In this document: positions 17,375 to 26,030 of the stretch, piece by piece
Position numbering within the stretch: position 1 is the first letter of the stretch
How the letters are laid out: each line of letters begins with the position of its first letter
Origin: Gemmata obscuriglobus
Lineage (GTDB): Bacteria; Planctomycetota; Planctomycetia; Gemmatales; Gemmataceae
DNA: 32,000 nt
Assembly: GCF_008065095.1 (NCBI RefSeq)
Contig: NZ_CP042911.1
Span: forward strand, 4,530,001-4,562,000
Direction of reading: 5' to 3'
Position numbers and translations under genes: made by a program
Notes under the pieces: model-generated
Database searches by the model: none
What the model was told of the DNA's origin: nothing
The model's input: only the letters and a program-made list of their open reading frames with translations

Positions 17375-18676
17375 TCACGCCGCCGCACCGGTCGCAGCCG
17401 GCTCCGATGACACGGGGAAGCGCTTCGGGCGGATTTTGCGCCCGTTCAGAATCGCGCCGATCACGGTGTACCGCACGCAATATTCGTAACTGAGGAGCAG
17501 CACGGCTAACGTTGCGAGTGTAACTAAACCGCACTTCAAGAACCCGGGCGCGGACCAGTCGCGGACCAGAAATTGAAACACAAAAATCGGAGTGATGCTC
17601 GCGAGGTAGCACCAGTACGCGGAATCGGCGAGGTAGCGCACCCACGCCCGTTCGCGCGCGAACAGTTGCAAGAACCCGCCCCACAACCCCGCGACCATCA
17701 ACCACGTGTAGAGCACCGATACGGCGTACCCGGTCAGCTTCATTGCGAGCACACCATCCTTTCCGGAGCGTTCGGCCTCATACCCCTTCACCACCAGACC
17801 GAGCATCAACGGCAGCAGCACAGTGTTGGCAATTAAAAGGTGCAGGCGCCACCGGTGGCCGAACGCGGTGGCGAGGTCGCGGTGACGGTACAGCATCCAC
17901 CCGAAACAGAAGAACGCGAAGTAGTAGCTCACGATGTGCCACTGCGGGTTCCATTGCGAGGGCGTGTCCACAACCCACGTCATTGGCAGCATGAGCGGGA
18001 AAGTCAGAACGGCAGGCACCAGCACCCGCCCGGAACCGGCAATTAACCGACGAAACGCGGCGTCCGTTACGAGCAGGAGTCGCGTGCCAGCGAGTCGATC
18101 GAGTAGCGGCGCCAGCACAGCCACGGCGACCGTGAAGAGGAGCAGGTAGTACAAAAACCAGAGGTGAACGAGCGGCAACTTGGTGACCGCATTCCCCGCC
18201 AAAACGTAGTCGAGGATGAGTTGCGGCGCGCTCGCCTCGGGGTTCGCCGCCACGAGCTTCGCTGCCACGCCCCGCGCCACCGATTCGGGACCGCGCACAG
18301 CCCCGGCACGCACGTTTTCAATCTCGGCGTATAGCCCGGTTACCTGAACCGTGGGCACGATGAAAACGAGTGCGAGAACAAACGGCAGCGCGACCCGCTT
18401 CGCACGGTGCTTCAACATGCCGATCAGCCCGTAACGCCGGTACAGCAAGCACCCGAAGAACCCCGCGAGCACAAAAAAAAGTTGCATCCGGAAATCGTGA
18501 ACCGCGATCAGGAACACGTCCGCGAGCGGGACCGGTTCCGGGTCACGCACCGGCCAGAACGCCGGCACGTTCACCATGAACGAAATGGCCGCGTGCAGGA
18601 CGACCCCAAGAAACATCGCAAACCCGCGCAGGCTGTCGAGCGCGTGGTACCGGTCGGACGGCGCAGGCGTTGACAT
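17375..18676 (-). CDS. Acyltransferase-3 (OpgC/OafA-like) family integral membrane protein
   Basis: ATG at 18674-18676. YHALDSLRGFAMFLGVVLHA is the family N-terminal motif. About 10 hydrophobic helices follow. Confidence 0.85.
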   Translation of the reverse strand: MSTPAPSDRYHALDSLRGFAMFLGVVLHAAISFMVNVPAFWPVRDPEPVPLADVFLIAVHDFRMQLFFVLAGFFGCLLYRRYGLIGMLKHRAKRVALPFVLALVFIVPTVQVTGLYAEIENVRAGAVRGPESVARGVAAKLVAANPEASAPQLILDYVLAGNAVTKLPLVHLWFLYYLLLFTVAVAVLAPLLDRLAGTRLLLVTDAAFRRLIAGSGRVLVPAVLTFPLMLPMTWVVDTPSQWNPQWHIVSYYFAFFCFGWMLYRHRDLATAFGHRWRLHLLIANTVLLPLMLGLVVKGYEAERSGKDGVLAMKLTGYAVSVLYTWLMVAGLWGGFLQLFARERAWVRYLADSAYWCYLASITPIFVFQFLVRDWSAPGFLKCGLVTLATLAVLLLSYEYCVRYTVIGAILNGRKIRPKRFPVSSEPAATGAAA

Positions 18677-18960
18677 GATGCTCCTACCCACTGCGGGTCA
18701 AATAGTATTCAGAATAGGTCCTCCGGCCCACTCTCCAACGCCCACCGAACCGACTTCGCGGTAGCGATCCCAACGCCCTGGGTGGCGCAATCTCACGCTT
18801 TGTCTTTCCGAACGCTCGACGACACCCACCCCGGCTGGTAATTTGGGCAAAATGCTTTGCGGTCGCAGTGGGCCGCAGATGATGGACCATCTCCCGACCC
18901 GCGAACCGCGGGTTTTACTGTATTCCCGTCAGCGGGTCACCGACCCGACGGAGGTGCTGA

Positions 18961-20400
18961 GTGTTACCACGGTGTGCAGTCTCGTCGCGGGCGGTTGCGG
19001 CGCTGGTGCTGGTCGCGGGGTTCGTCGTCACCCTTCGTGCCGAAGACCCCCAGAAGACCCGCGAACAGGAGATCGCTGAAGTCCAAAAGCAGCTCGAAGC
19101 GCTTCAAAAGAAGCTGGACGAGCTGAACAAGAAAAAAAGTAGCCCGACCACACCGGCAGCCAAGAAGGCGCTCACCTTCGCGGACGCGGAGAAGTGGCGA
19201 TCAATTCGCGATTTCACCCTCTCCCCTGACGGCAAGTGGTTCGCTCACCGCGTCGGTGCCACGGAAGGCGAAGGAGACCTGTTCCTGCGGAACATCGCGG
19301 ACGGAAAAGAAACGAAGTTCACGGGCGGCACCGGGTTCGGCACCGCGGTGTTTTCGCTCGACAGCAAGTGGTTCGCGTTCACGTATACTCCTTCCACAAA
19401 GGGCGGCACGGCGCCGGGTTCGGGCGGCAAAGCCAAGGTGACTCTGGTGAACCTGGCGACCGGTGACAAAACCGACATCGAAGGAGCCGCGTCGGCCCGG
19501 TTTAACGGCGAGGCCGCCACACACCTCGTGTTCCGCAAGGTCAGCGAGCCGGCCGCCGGCGCACCGGCGGGCACAGCGTCCGCTGCGAGCGGGTCGGACC
19601 TCGTGTTGCGCGACCTCGCGACCGGCACCGACCTCGTTCTCGGGAATGTCGCAGAGTTCGATTTCACCAAGAAGGGCGACTGGCTCGTGACCGTCATCGA
19701 CGCCAGCGGCCGGATCGGGAACGGCATTCACCTCCGCGAGATGAAGACCGGCCTCGTGTACCCGATTGAGGCGAGCAAGGCGAATTACCGCTCGCTCTCC
19801 TGGAACGAAGACACCACCGCATTTGTCGTCACGAAGCAGACCGAGGATGCCGGTTCGGACGCCAAACCGCTGTCGATCGTCGGGTTCACGGAGTTGGGGC
19901 CGAAGCCGACGAAAGCCGTTTACGATCCGAAGGACGACAAGGGCTTCCCGACGGACTTCGTCATTACCGGCCCGGCCGCGTGGACCGACGGGCTCGACGG
20001 CTTCAGGTTCTCGATCACCGAGCGCAAAAAGAAAACCGACACCGCACCGGCACCGAAGGAAGTCAAGTCCGAAACCAAAACCGATCCGAAGGACGACAGC
20101 AAAAAGGGCAAGAAAATCGTCCCGACAGCCGGTAACTCGACCGACGGCGGTAAGCCCGATCTGGTGGTGTGGCACTGGAAGGACGAGCGACTCCAGCCGA
20201 TGCAGGAGAAGCAGGCGAGCAGCGACCGGGTGACGAACTACAGCGCCGTGTACTGGATCAAGGACAAAAAGTTCGTCCGGCTCGCCGACGAGAAATTTAA
20301 GCAGGTGGTGCTCGCCCCGAAGCACAAGTTCGCGATCGGCCGCGACTCGAAGCCCTACGAGTACCAGAGCTACCTGACCGGGAAGTTGTACACCGACGTT
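18961..20400 (+). pseudogene. S9 (prolyl oligopeptidase family) serine peptidase, N-terminal fragment interrupted by an IS element
   Basis: GTG at 18961 with GGAGGTG upstream. Signal peptide, coiled coil (EQEIAEVQKQLEALQKKLDELNKKK), then beta-propeller-like repeats (FTLSPDGKWFAH, FSLDSKWFAF). The authentic frame ends at ...LTGKLYTDV, and the track ORF then reads 62 aa of IS sequence. Confidence 0.85.
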
Positions 20401-20465
20401 TATAGTGGACCCCGAAAACTGGACCGCCGGTTAAGCTATACCGGAGGCCCAGGAAAGGGGAACCC

Positions 20466-20753
20466 ATGGCGGGCAAGCGGAAGAGTCACTCGGCGGCGTT
20501 CAAGGCCCAGGTCGCGCTGGCGGCCCTCAAGGGCGACAAGACCATCAACGAACTGGCGAGTCAGCACGGCGTCCACCCGACCCTGATTCATGGGTGGAAG
20601 AAGCAGTTGCTCACCGGGGCCGAGGCCGTGTTCGCCTCGGGGGCGAAGGGCACCGGCCCCCCGGAAGACAAGACGACCGAGTTGTACGAGCAGATCGGCC
20701 GCCTCAAGGTGGAACTCGACTGGGTGAAAAAAAAATCGGCCGCCCTCGGCTGA
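20466..20753 (+). CDS. IS3-family transposase OrfA (HTH, transposase_8-like)
   Basis: 95 aa: MAGKRKSHSAAFKAQVALAALKGDKTINELASQHGVHPTLIHGWKKQLL... A leucine-zipper-like segment LYEQIGRLKVELDWVKKK follows. It ends just after an A9 run. Confidence 0.9.
   Translation: MAGKRKSHSAAFKAQVALAALKGDKTINELASQHGVHPTLIHGWKKQLLTGAEAVFASGAKGTGPPEDKTTELYEQIGRLKVELDWVKKKSAALG
20727..20735 (+). other. A9 homopolymer: candidate recoding or transcriptional-slippage site joining orfA and orfB
   Basis: Nine consecutive A. The orfB frame opens at 20728, immediately after the TGA at 20725-20727. Confidence 0.6.
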
Positions 20754-21594
20754 GGCCAAGCGTGCCCGGATCGAGGCCGAGCACCCGGAGCTGAGCGTCC
20801 GGCGCCAGTGCGAGCTGATCGGATTGAACCGCTCGACGGTGTACTACGAGCCGACCCCGGAGAGCGCGGAGAACCTGACGCTGATGCGGTTGATCGACGA
20901 GCAGTACACGACGTGCCCGTTCTACGGGAGCCGGCGCCTGGCCGCGTGGCTGGGCACCCAGGGCCACGAGGTGAACCGCAAGCGGGTGCAGCGGCTGTTG
21001 CGGATCATGGGGTTGGAGGCCCTGTACCCCAAGCCCAAGCTGTCGGTCGGGTCCGGGCACAAGGTGTACCCGTACCTGTTGCGGGGCGTGGCCATCGACC
21101 GGGTCCATCAGGTGTGGAGCACGGACATCACGTACATCCCGATGCCCACCGGGTTCATGTACCTGGCCGCAACGATGGACTGGTTCAGCCGGTACGTGGT
21201 GGCCTGGCGACTGTCCAACACGTTGGACGGGTCATTCTGCCAGGACATGCTGGAGGAGGCCTTGGGCCGGGGCAAGCCGGAGGTGTTCAACACGGACCAG
21301 GGAGTCCAGTTCACGGCCGCCGCGTGGGTCGGGCGATTGGAGCGGGCCGGGGTCGCGGTGAGCATGGACGGGCGGGGCCGGTGCCTGGACAACGTGTTCG
21401 TGGAGCGCCTGTGGCGGAGCGTCAAGTACGAGGACGTGTACCTCAAGGGTTACGAGTCGGTGCCGGCCCTGGAGAGTGGGCTCCGGGCGTACTTCGGGTT
21501 CTACAACACCGAGCGGTTACACCAGTCCCTGGACTACCGCACCCCGGCTCAGGTGTATGGCGTCGGAGCCACGAAGGCCCCGACGAAACAGTAG
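20728..21594 (+). CDS. IS3-family transposase OrfB (HTH_21 plus rve/DDE integrase core); no independent ATG, first alternative start is TTG at 20824
   Basis: The frame reads KKNRPPSAEAKRARIEAEHPELSVRRQCELIGLNRSTVYY..., with WSTDITYIP (D), FNTDQGVQFT (D) and VERLWRSVKYEDVY (E). Its frame is +1 relative to orfA. Confidence 0.9.
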   Translation, partial: KKNRPPSAEAKRARIEAEHPELSVRRQCELIGLNRSTVYYEPTPESAENLTLMRLIDEQYTTCPFYGSRRLAAWLGTQGHEVNRKRVQRLLRIMGLEALYPKPKLSVGSGHKVYPYLLRGVAIDRVHQVWSTDITYIPMPTGFMYLAATMDWFSRYVVAWRLSNTLDGSFCQDMLEEALGRGKPEVFNTDQGVQFTAAAWVGRLERAGVAVSMDGRGRCLDNVFVERLWRSVKYEDVYLKGYESVPALESGLRAYFGFYNTERLHQSLDYRTPAQVYGVGATKAPTKQ

Positions 21595-21638
21595 CGAAGG
21601 ATAGCAACTTTTTGGTCTAGACAATGGGGTCCACTGTA

Positions 21639-23180
21639 GTTTACGTCGTTGACCCGAAGACCGGCGCCCGGACGAAAGCGGTCGAAAAGCTCTCGAGCCT
21701 GTTCTTTGGCCCGGCAACCGTAAGCCCGTCGCCGACCGGTACGCACGCCCTTTACTACAAGGACGGCCATTACCACGTCCTCGACTTCGCCACCGCCAAG
21801 TCGGTGAACGTGACGGAGAAAGTGGGCGCCTCGTTCGTTGACGCGGACGACGACCACAACTTCGACAAACCCTCGACGCCGGCCTACGGCTGGAGCCGGG
21901 ACGGAAAGTTCGTGCTCCTCTCCGACGGGTGGGACATCTGGCGGGTCAGCGCGGACGGCACCGGCGGTACAAACCTGACCGTGAACGGGAAAACGGACGC
22001 CATCCGTTACCGTATGACGCTTCAGTTCGAGCCGGAGCCCAAACCGGGCACCGACCTCACGCAGCCCGTTTACACCCTTATGTACGGCGAGTGGAGCAAG
22101 AAAGAGGGGCTGGCCCGCCTCGACCCGTCGAAGACCGGAGTGAGCGTTCTGGCGTGGTCGGATCACGGGTACAATCCTCCGAGCAAAGCGCGCAAAGCCG
22201 ACACCTTCGTGTTCATGCGTCAGTCGACGACCGAAGGCGCCGACCTCTACATCACTGATGGCACGTTCAAGGACCCGAAGAAGGTGACCGACAGCAACCC
22301 GCAGCAAAAGGACTACAAGTGGTCCGCTGGGGCGAAGTTGATCGAGTACAAGGGCGTGGGCGGCAAGCGCCTACAAGGGGCACTCTTCCTTCCGGCCGAC
22401 TACGAGCCCGGGAAAAAGTACCCGACGATCGTCTACATCTACGAAAAGCTGTCTCAGAACATCCACCGCTACCAGGCCCCGGGTACGTGGGGCGTCGGTT
22501 CGGTACACGCTTCGAACGGGTACGCGGTGCTGATGCCGGACATCACCTACAAGCTGAACGATCCGGGCGTGTCGGCAGTCGAGTGCATTCTGCCGGCGCT
22601 CGATGCGGCGGTTGCCACCGGCATCGTGGATAACGACAAAGTCGCGCTGCACGGGCACTCGTGGGGCGGTTACCAGACGGCGTTCCTGGTGACCCAAACG
22701 AACCGCTTCAAGTGCGCGATCGCGGGCGCTGCGCTCACCGACCTCGTGAGCATGTACAGCAGCGTTTACTGGAACGCCGGGATGGCGAACCAGCCGATCT
22801 TTGAGAGCAGCCAGGGACGGTTCACCGGCGGTTACTGGGAACAACAGGATGCCTACATCCGCAACTCGCCCGTGTACCACGCGACGAAGGTGACCACCCC
22901 GCTCCTGCTCCTCCACAACGATAAGGACGGCGCGGTCGATTTCACGCAAGGGGTGGAGTACTACAACACGCTCCGGCGGCTCCAGAAACCGGTCGTGATG
23001 TTGCAGTACAAGGGAGAGAACCACGGGCTGGCTAAGCCCGAGAACCGCAAAGACTACGCAGTGCGGATGAAAGAGTTCTTCGACCACCACCTGAAAGGCT
23101 GCCAGGCGCCCGACTGGTGGATCGAGGGCGTCCCGCACCTCAAGATGGAAGACCACCTCAAGAGTCGTCCGAAACCTTAA
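21639..23180 (+). pseudogene. S9 serine peptidase, C-terminal fragment (rest of propeller plus complete alpha/beta-hydrolase catalytic domain)
   Basis: Continues in frame as (V)YVVDPKTGART... It carries the catalytic GHSWGGY (Ser), LLLHNDKDGAVD (Asp) and GENHGL (His). Track ORF 21624..23180 starts at an ATG that lies inside the IS right end. Confidence 0.85.
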
Positions 23181-23202
23181 CCGCCGCCGTAGAATCTAAC
23201 AT

Positions 23203-23238
23203 GGGCCGCGCCGGATTCCCGGTGCGGCCCTTTCTGTT
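23203..23238 (+). terminator. Rho-independent terminator after the S9 peptidase gene
   Basis: GGGCCGCGCCGG (23203-23214) pairs with CCGGTGCGGCCC (23219-23230): 12 bp including one G-U pair. Loop ATTC, followed by TTTCTGTT. Confidence 0.75.
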
Positions 23239-23244
23239 CAGGGG

Positions 23245-23790
23245 ATGACCATGAGCGCACAAACCGAGACCGCGATCCTCGGGGGCGGCTGTTTCTGGTG
23301 CTTGGAAGCCGTGTTCGAGCAACTCAAGGGAGTCGCAAAGGTCGAATCCGGCTACACCGGCGGCGCGGCACCGAACCCCACCTACGAAGCCGTTTGCGGC
23401 GGTAAGACCGGTCACGCCGAGGTGATCCGTGTCACCTTCGACCCCTCCGTCATCAGTTTCCGCGAACTGCTGGAGGTGTTCTTTGTGATTCACGACCCCA
23501 CAACCCTGAACCGGCAGGGCGCGGACGTGGGAACACAGTACCGCTCCGCGATTTTCTACACCTCCGAAGAGCAACGCCACACCACCGGCGAGGTCATTCA
23601 GGAACTCACGAACGCAAAGACCTTCGCCAACCCGATCGTCACAAAGGTGGAGCTGGCGCAGGAGTTCTTCAAGGCGGAAGAGTATCACCAGGGCTACTAC
23701 CGAGCGAACCCCGACCGCGGCTACTGTCAAATGGTAGTTAGCCCCAAGGTCGCAAAAGCCCGCGCCGCGTTCGCAGCCAAACTGAAGTGA
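23245..23790 (+). CDS. msrA: Peptide-methionine (S)-S-oxide reductase
   Basis: 181 aa. [15 protein letters not shown] active-site motif, GYTGG and [11 protein letters not shown] are classic MsrA blocks. Confidence 0.95.
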   Translation: MTMSAQTETAILGGGCFWCLEAVFEQLKGVAKVESGYTGGAAPNPTYEAVCGGKTGHAEVIRVTFDPSVISFRELLEVFFVIHDPTTLNRQGADVGTQYRSAIFYTSEEQRHTTGEVIQELTNAKTFANPIVTKVELAQEFFKAEEYHQGYYRANPDRGYCQMVVSPKVAKARAAFAAKLK

Positions 23791-23827
23791 AGCAGGGGTG
23801 AATTCACTTCAGCGCGGTGGCCGTTCT

Positions 23828-23861
23828 AACCGACGCGCTTCAGGGCGTCGGTTGCGATTTT
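23828..23861 (+). terminator. Possible terminator downstream of msrA
   Basis: AACCGACGC (23828-23836) pairs with GCGTCGGTT (23845-23853). Loop is 8 nt, followed by GCGATTTT. Confidence 0.45.
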
Positions 23862-23968
23862 GGCACAGAATAGACCTGCAATTGCGTCATTTTCCCTGCA
23901 CTTCGAACCGCTTCTCTTGACGGCCTGCGGTCACGGTCATCTTTAACGCACTTGCGTGTTGAATTCCG

Positions 23969-24523
23969 TCAGATCTTCCCTTCGATGCCGAGCTGGTGGA
24001 AGTAGTGGGTGACCTTGTCCTGGTTCTCGAGCAGCCAGTCGATACTGGGCTCGTTCGCCAGGGCCTTACGGATCACCTTCACTGTGGCCTCGCGGTTCAC
24101 CTGGAACAGCCCGGCGTGGTCCACCTGCTCGGGCGGCACGTTCAGCACGCTCGGGTCGAGCCATACCGAGTAGATGATTCCGAGGTCGTTCACCTGGTCC
24201 TTCGGAATCAGCCCTTCCCGCACCGCGTCGAGCACCCCGTTGGCGATGCCGGCTTGCACGCTGCCCATCAGAATGCCGGTGTACCGGGAGCTGTTCACGG
24301 TCACCTTGCTAACCATCAGGGTCGCCGGCTTCACCTGCACGTCGCTGTTCAGGATGGCGAACACTCGGGTGTGACCCTTCACCTGATCGCCGACGAGCGT
24401 CGCCAACGCGGTCCCGACCGGGCCGTCGAGGGCACCGATCACGATCTCGGGCTCTGCGCACAGGTAATCCTTGTCCCCTTCGATAAGAGCCTCGCCCGTC
24501 CGCATCACGATCCGCCCTGCCAT
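23969..24523 (-). CDS. fae: Formaldehyde-activating enzyme (Fae) family protein
   Basis: ATG at 24521-24523 (aa 67 of ORF 23969..24721) with GGAGGA Shine-Dalgarno. MAGRIVMRTGEALIEG...EIVIG...VKPATLMVSKVTVN...AGIANGVLDAVREGLIPK...NREATVKVIRKAL aligns by eye with Methylobacterium Fae (VGEALVG..IDLIIG..CKPNTLMFNKVTIN..VQDAVAEGIIP..NYEATKLSIQRAV). Confidence 0.75.
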   Translation of the reverse strand: MAGRIVMRTGEALIEGDKDYLCAEPEIVIGALDGPVGTALATLVGDQVKGHTRVFAILNSDVQVKPATLMVSKVTVNSSRYTGILMGSVQAGIANGVLDAVREGLIPKDQVNDLGIIYSVWLDPSVLNVPPEQVDHAGLFQVNREATVKVIRKALANEPSIDWLLENQDKVTHYFHQLGIEGKI

Positions 24524-24653
24524 GCGTGTCCTCCGGTTTTCGCCGTCACCGTGCCAGCAGAGGTTGTATCGACCTCTCCGAAAGGTGGAACCGGCTGTCG
24601 AACTCAATCGAAGCACGCCGCTACTCACCTCGTCGGAACCCGTTCCGGGCGGA

Positions 24654-26030
24654 TCACCCGGCCGGTAGCCGGCCGTACACGGGATGATCCGTTTCGAACC
24701 CGGCGCCGGAAGGGTACACACCTCCGAGCGAGTTACGTTCGCTCATTACGGCCGATGGCACCGGGGCAGTTGCGGCCGCGCGCCGTGAGCGGCCCTTGCC
24801 CGAAAAGGCGGCCACGAGTGCGGCAATAAGCCCGGCCACCAGCAACACGATCACCACCAGCCGGATGATCTTCATCCAGCTCCACGGCCGCTCGCCGGAC
24901 ACTTTGCCCGTGCGCCCGTTGATCAGGATCTGAAACAGCTTTTCGTGGTAGTGGTAGTTCGCGATCCAGACCGGCAGCAAGCAGTGCTTGAACGTGACGC
25001 CCAGGTAGCGGGTGTCGGTCGATTCGATGCGCTGGTGGTCGCCGCCGATGTCCCGCCGGATCAGGTCGCGAATCGTGGGCTGCATCACCTCTTTGGCAAC
25101 CACCAACCCCTGCTTCAAGTCGACCGCGTAGCGCTCGGTCTTCAAGCCCGCAAGGAAGGCGTCCTGAAACACCTCGAGTTCGCCGGTGTCCCAAGGCTCC
25201 AGGCCGCTGATGAGGTGCTGCGGCACGCTCTTCGACCCGCACACGAGAACGTCGTCGAAGAAGTGCTGCACCTCGCCGGAAACCGAATACCAGTTCGTTT
25301 TCGTGACGGTTCGCGAACGTTGGACCTCGTTACCGTTCGCGTCTTTTTCGGTGTAGTATTCCGTTTCCTGGTAGTCGTCGCCGCGCATCCCGTGGTAGCG
25401 GGTGTAGGTCATCGCGTCGTAGGTCCAGTACGGCAGATACACGCCTGCGAGCTGGCCCAGGTTCGCGACCTTCTTGAGTTCGGTCGGCGCGAACCACAGC
25501 CCTCCGAGCCAGGAATCGAACTCCTCGCGTGCCGCCCGCAGGTCCACCTTGAAGGGAATGAGCGACTCGGGCCGCAGCATCCCCTCGACGGCTTCCGGCC
25601 GGTTCTCCAGGTGCGTGCTGCAAAACGGGCACGAATCGGTGACGACCTTGTCTTCGAGCAGCACCATCGCACCGCACCCGCCGCAGCGGGTTTGCGTCGA
25701 TCGCCCCTCAATCCCGCCGACGTTGCCCTTCACGAGCTTGCTGGCGTACTCGTTGAAGTTCCGCTCCTCGACCTCCGCGCCGCCGTCCTCGACGCTCGAC
25801 GTGTGGCCGCAGTACGGGCACTTCAGCGCCCGATCGCGCGGGTCGAACTCGACCTTCGCGCCGCAGTTAAGGCACGGGAACAGCTTCCCTTTCGGGGGCT
25901 CTTTCGTAACGGCCGGCTCGCGCGTCTCCGGCGGCTTGGTGGGGGTCGGGAGCGGAAGCGGAGGCGGAGCGGCCCCGGGCAAGGGCGGAGGAACGTCACC
26001 CGAGGGCGGCAGCGGAGGCGGCGTACTCAT
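24654..26030 (-). CDS. Pro-rich, double zinc-ribbon protein with a large uncharacterised domain and C-terminal TM anchor (partner of the SPFH protein)
   Basis: ATG at 26028-26030 (aa 70 of ORF 24654..26237). MSTPPPLPPSGDVPPPLPGAAPPPLPLP is followed by two CxxC...CxxC ribbons: CLNCGAKVEFDPRDRALKCPYCG and CGGCGAMVLLEDKVVTDSCPFCS. Near the end it has NGRTGKVSGERPWS, then the TM helix IIRLVVIVLLVAGLIAALVAAF. Confidence 0.75.
   Translation of the reverse strand: MSTPPPLPPSGDVPPPLPGAAPPPLPLPTPTKPPETREPAVTKEPPKGKLFPCLNCGAKVEFDPRDRALKCPYCGHTSSVEDGGAEVEERNFNEYASKLVKGNVGGIEGRSTQTRCGGCGAMVLLEDKVVTDSCPFCSTHLENRPEAVEGMLRPESLIPFKVDLRAAREEFDSWLGGLWFAPTELKKVANLGQLAGVYLPYWTYDAMTYTRYHGMRGDDYQETEYYTEKDANGNEVQRSRTVTKTNWYSVSGEVQHFFDDVLVCGSKSVPQHLISGLEPWDTGELEVFQDAFLAGLKTERYAVDLKQGLVVAKEVMQPTIRDLIRRDIGGDHQRIESTDTRYLGVTFKHCLLPVWIANYHYHEKLFQILINGRTGKVSGERPWSWMKIIRLVVIVLLVAGLIAALVAAFSGKGRSRRAAATAPVPSAVMSERNSLGGVYPSGAGFETDHPVYGRLPAG

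Larger units (their letters stand above)
20401..21638 (+). mobile_element. IS3-family insertion sequence (1238 bp) with imperfect terminal inverted repeats and 3-bp target duplication
   Basis: IRL is TATAGTGGACCCC (20401-20413). IRR is GGGGTCCACTGTA (21626-21638), 12/13 complementary, with weaker similarity extending to about 40 bp. GTT is duplicated at 20398-20400 and 21639-21641; the alternative is a GTTTA 5-bp duplication with the IS starting at 20403. The element contains orfA and a DDE orfB. Confidence 0.9.

Noticed and set aside
20726-20794. Canonical IS3-type -1 programmed ribosomal frameshift on the A-run.
   Set aside because: The -1 frame relative to orfA terminates at TGA 20792-20794 and never joins the DDE orfB frame, which is +1. 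A simple -1 slip therefore cannot produce OrfAB in this copy.
20808-21620. 270-aa ORF inside the IS in a third frame.
   Set aside because: It overlaps the DDE transposase frame, which has clear D, D and E motifs. Its translation is Gly/Arg/Pro-rich with no motifs, so it is a shadow ORF.
23782-23812. Hairpin CTGAAGTGAA / TTCACTTCAG overlapping the msrA stop codon, considered as a terminator.
   Set aside because: The stem is AT-rich and weak, the loop is 11 nt, and no U-tract follows. The hairpin at 23828-23861 is the better terminator candidate.
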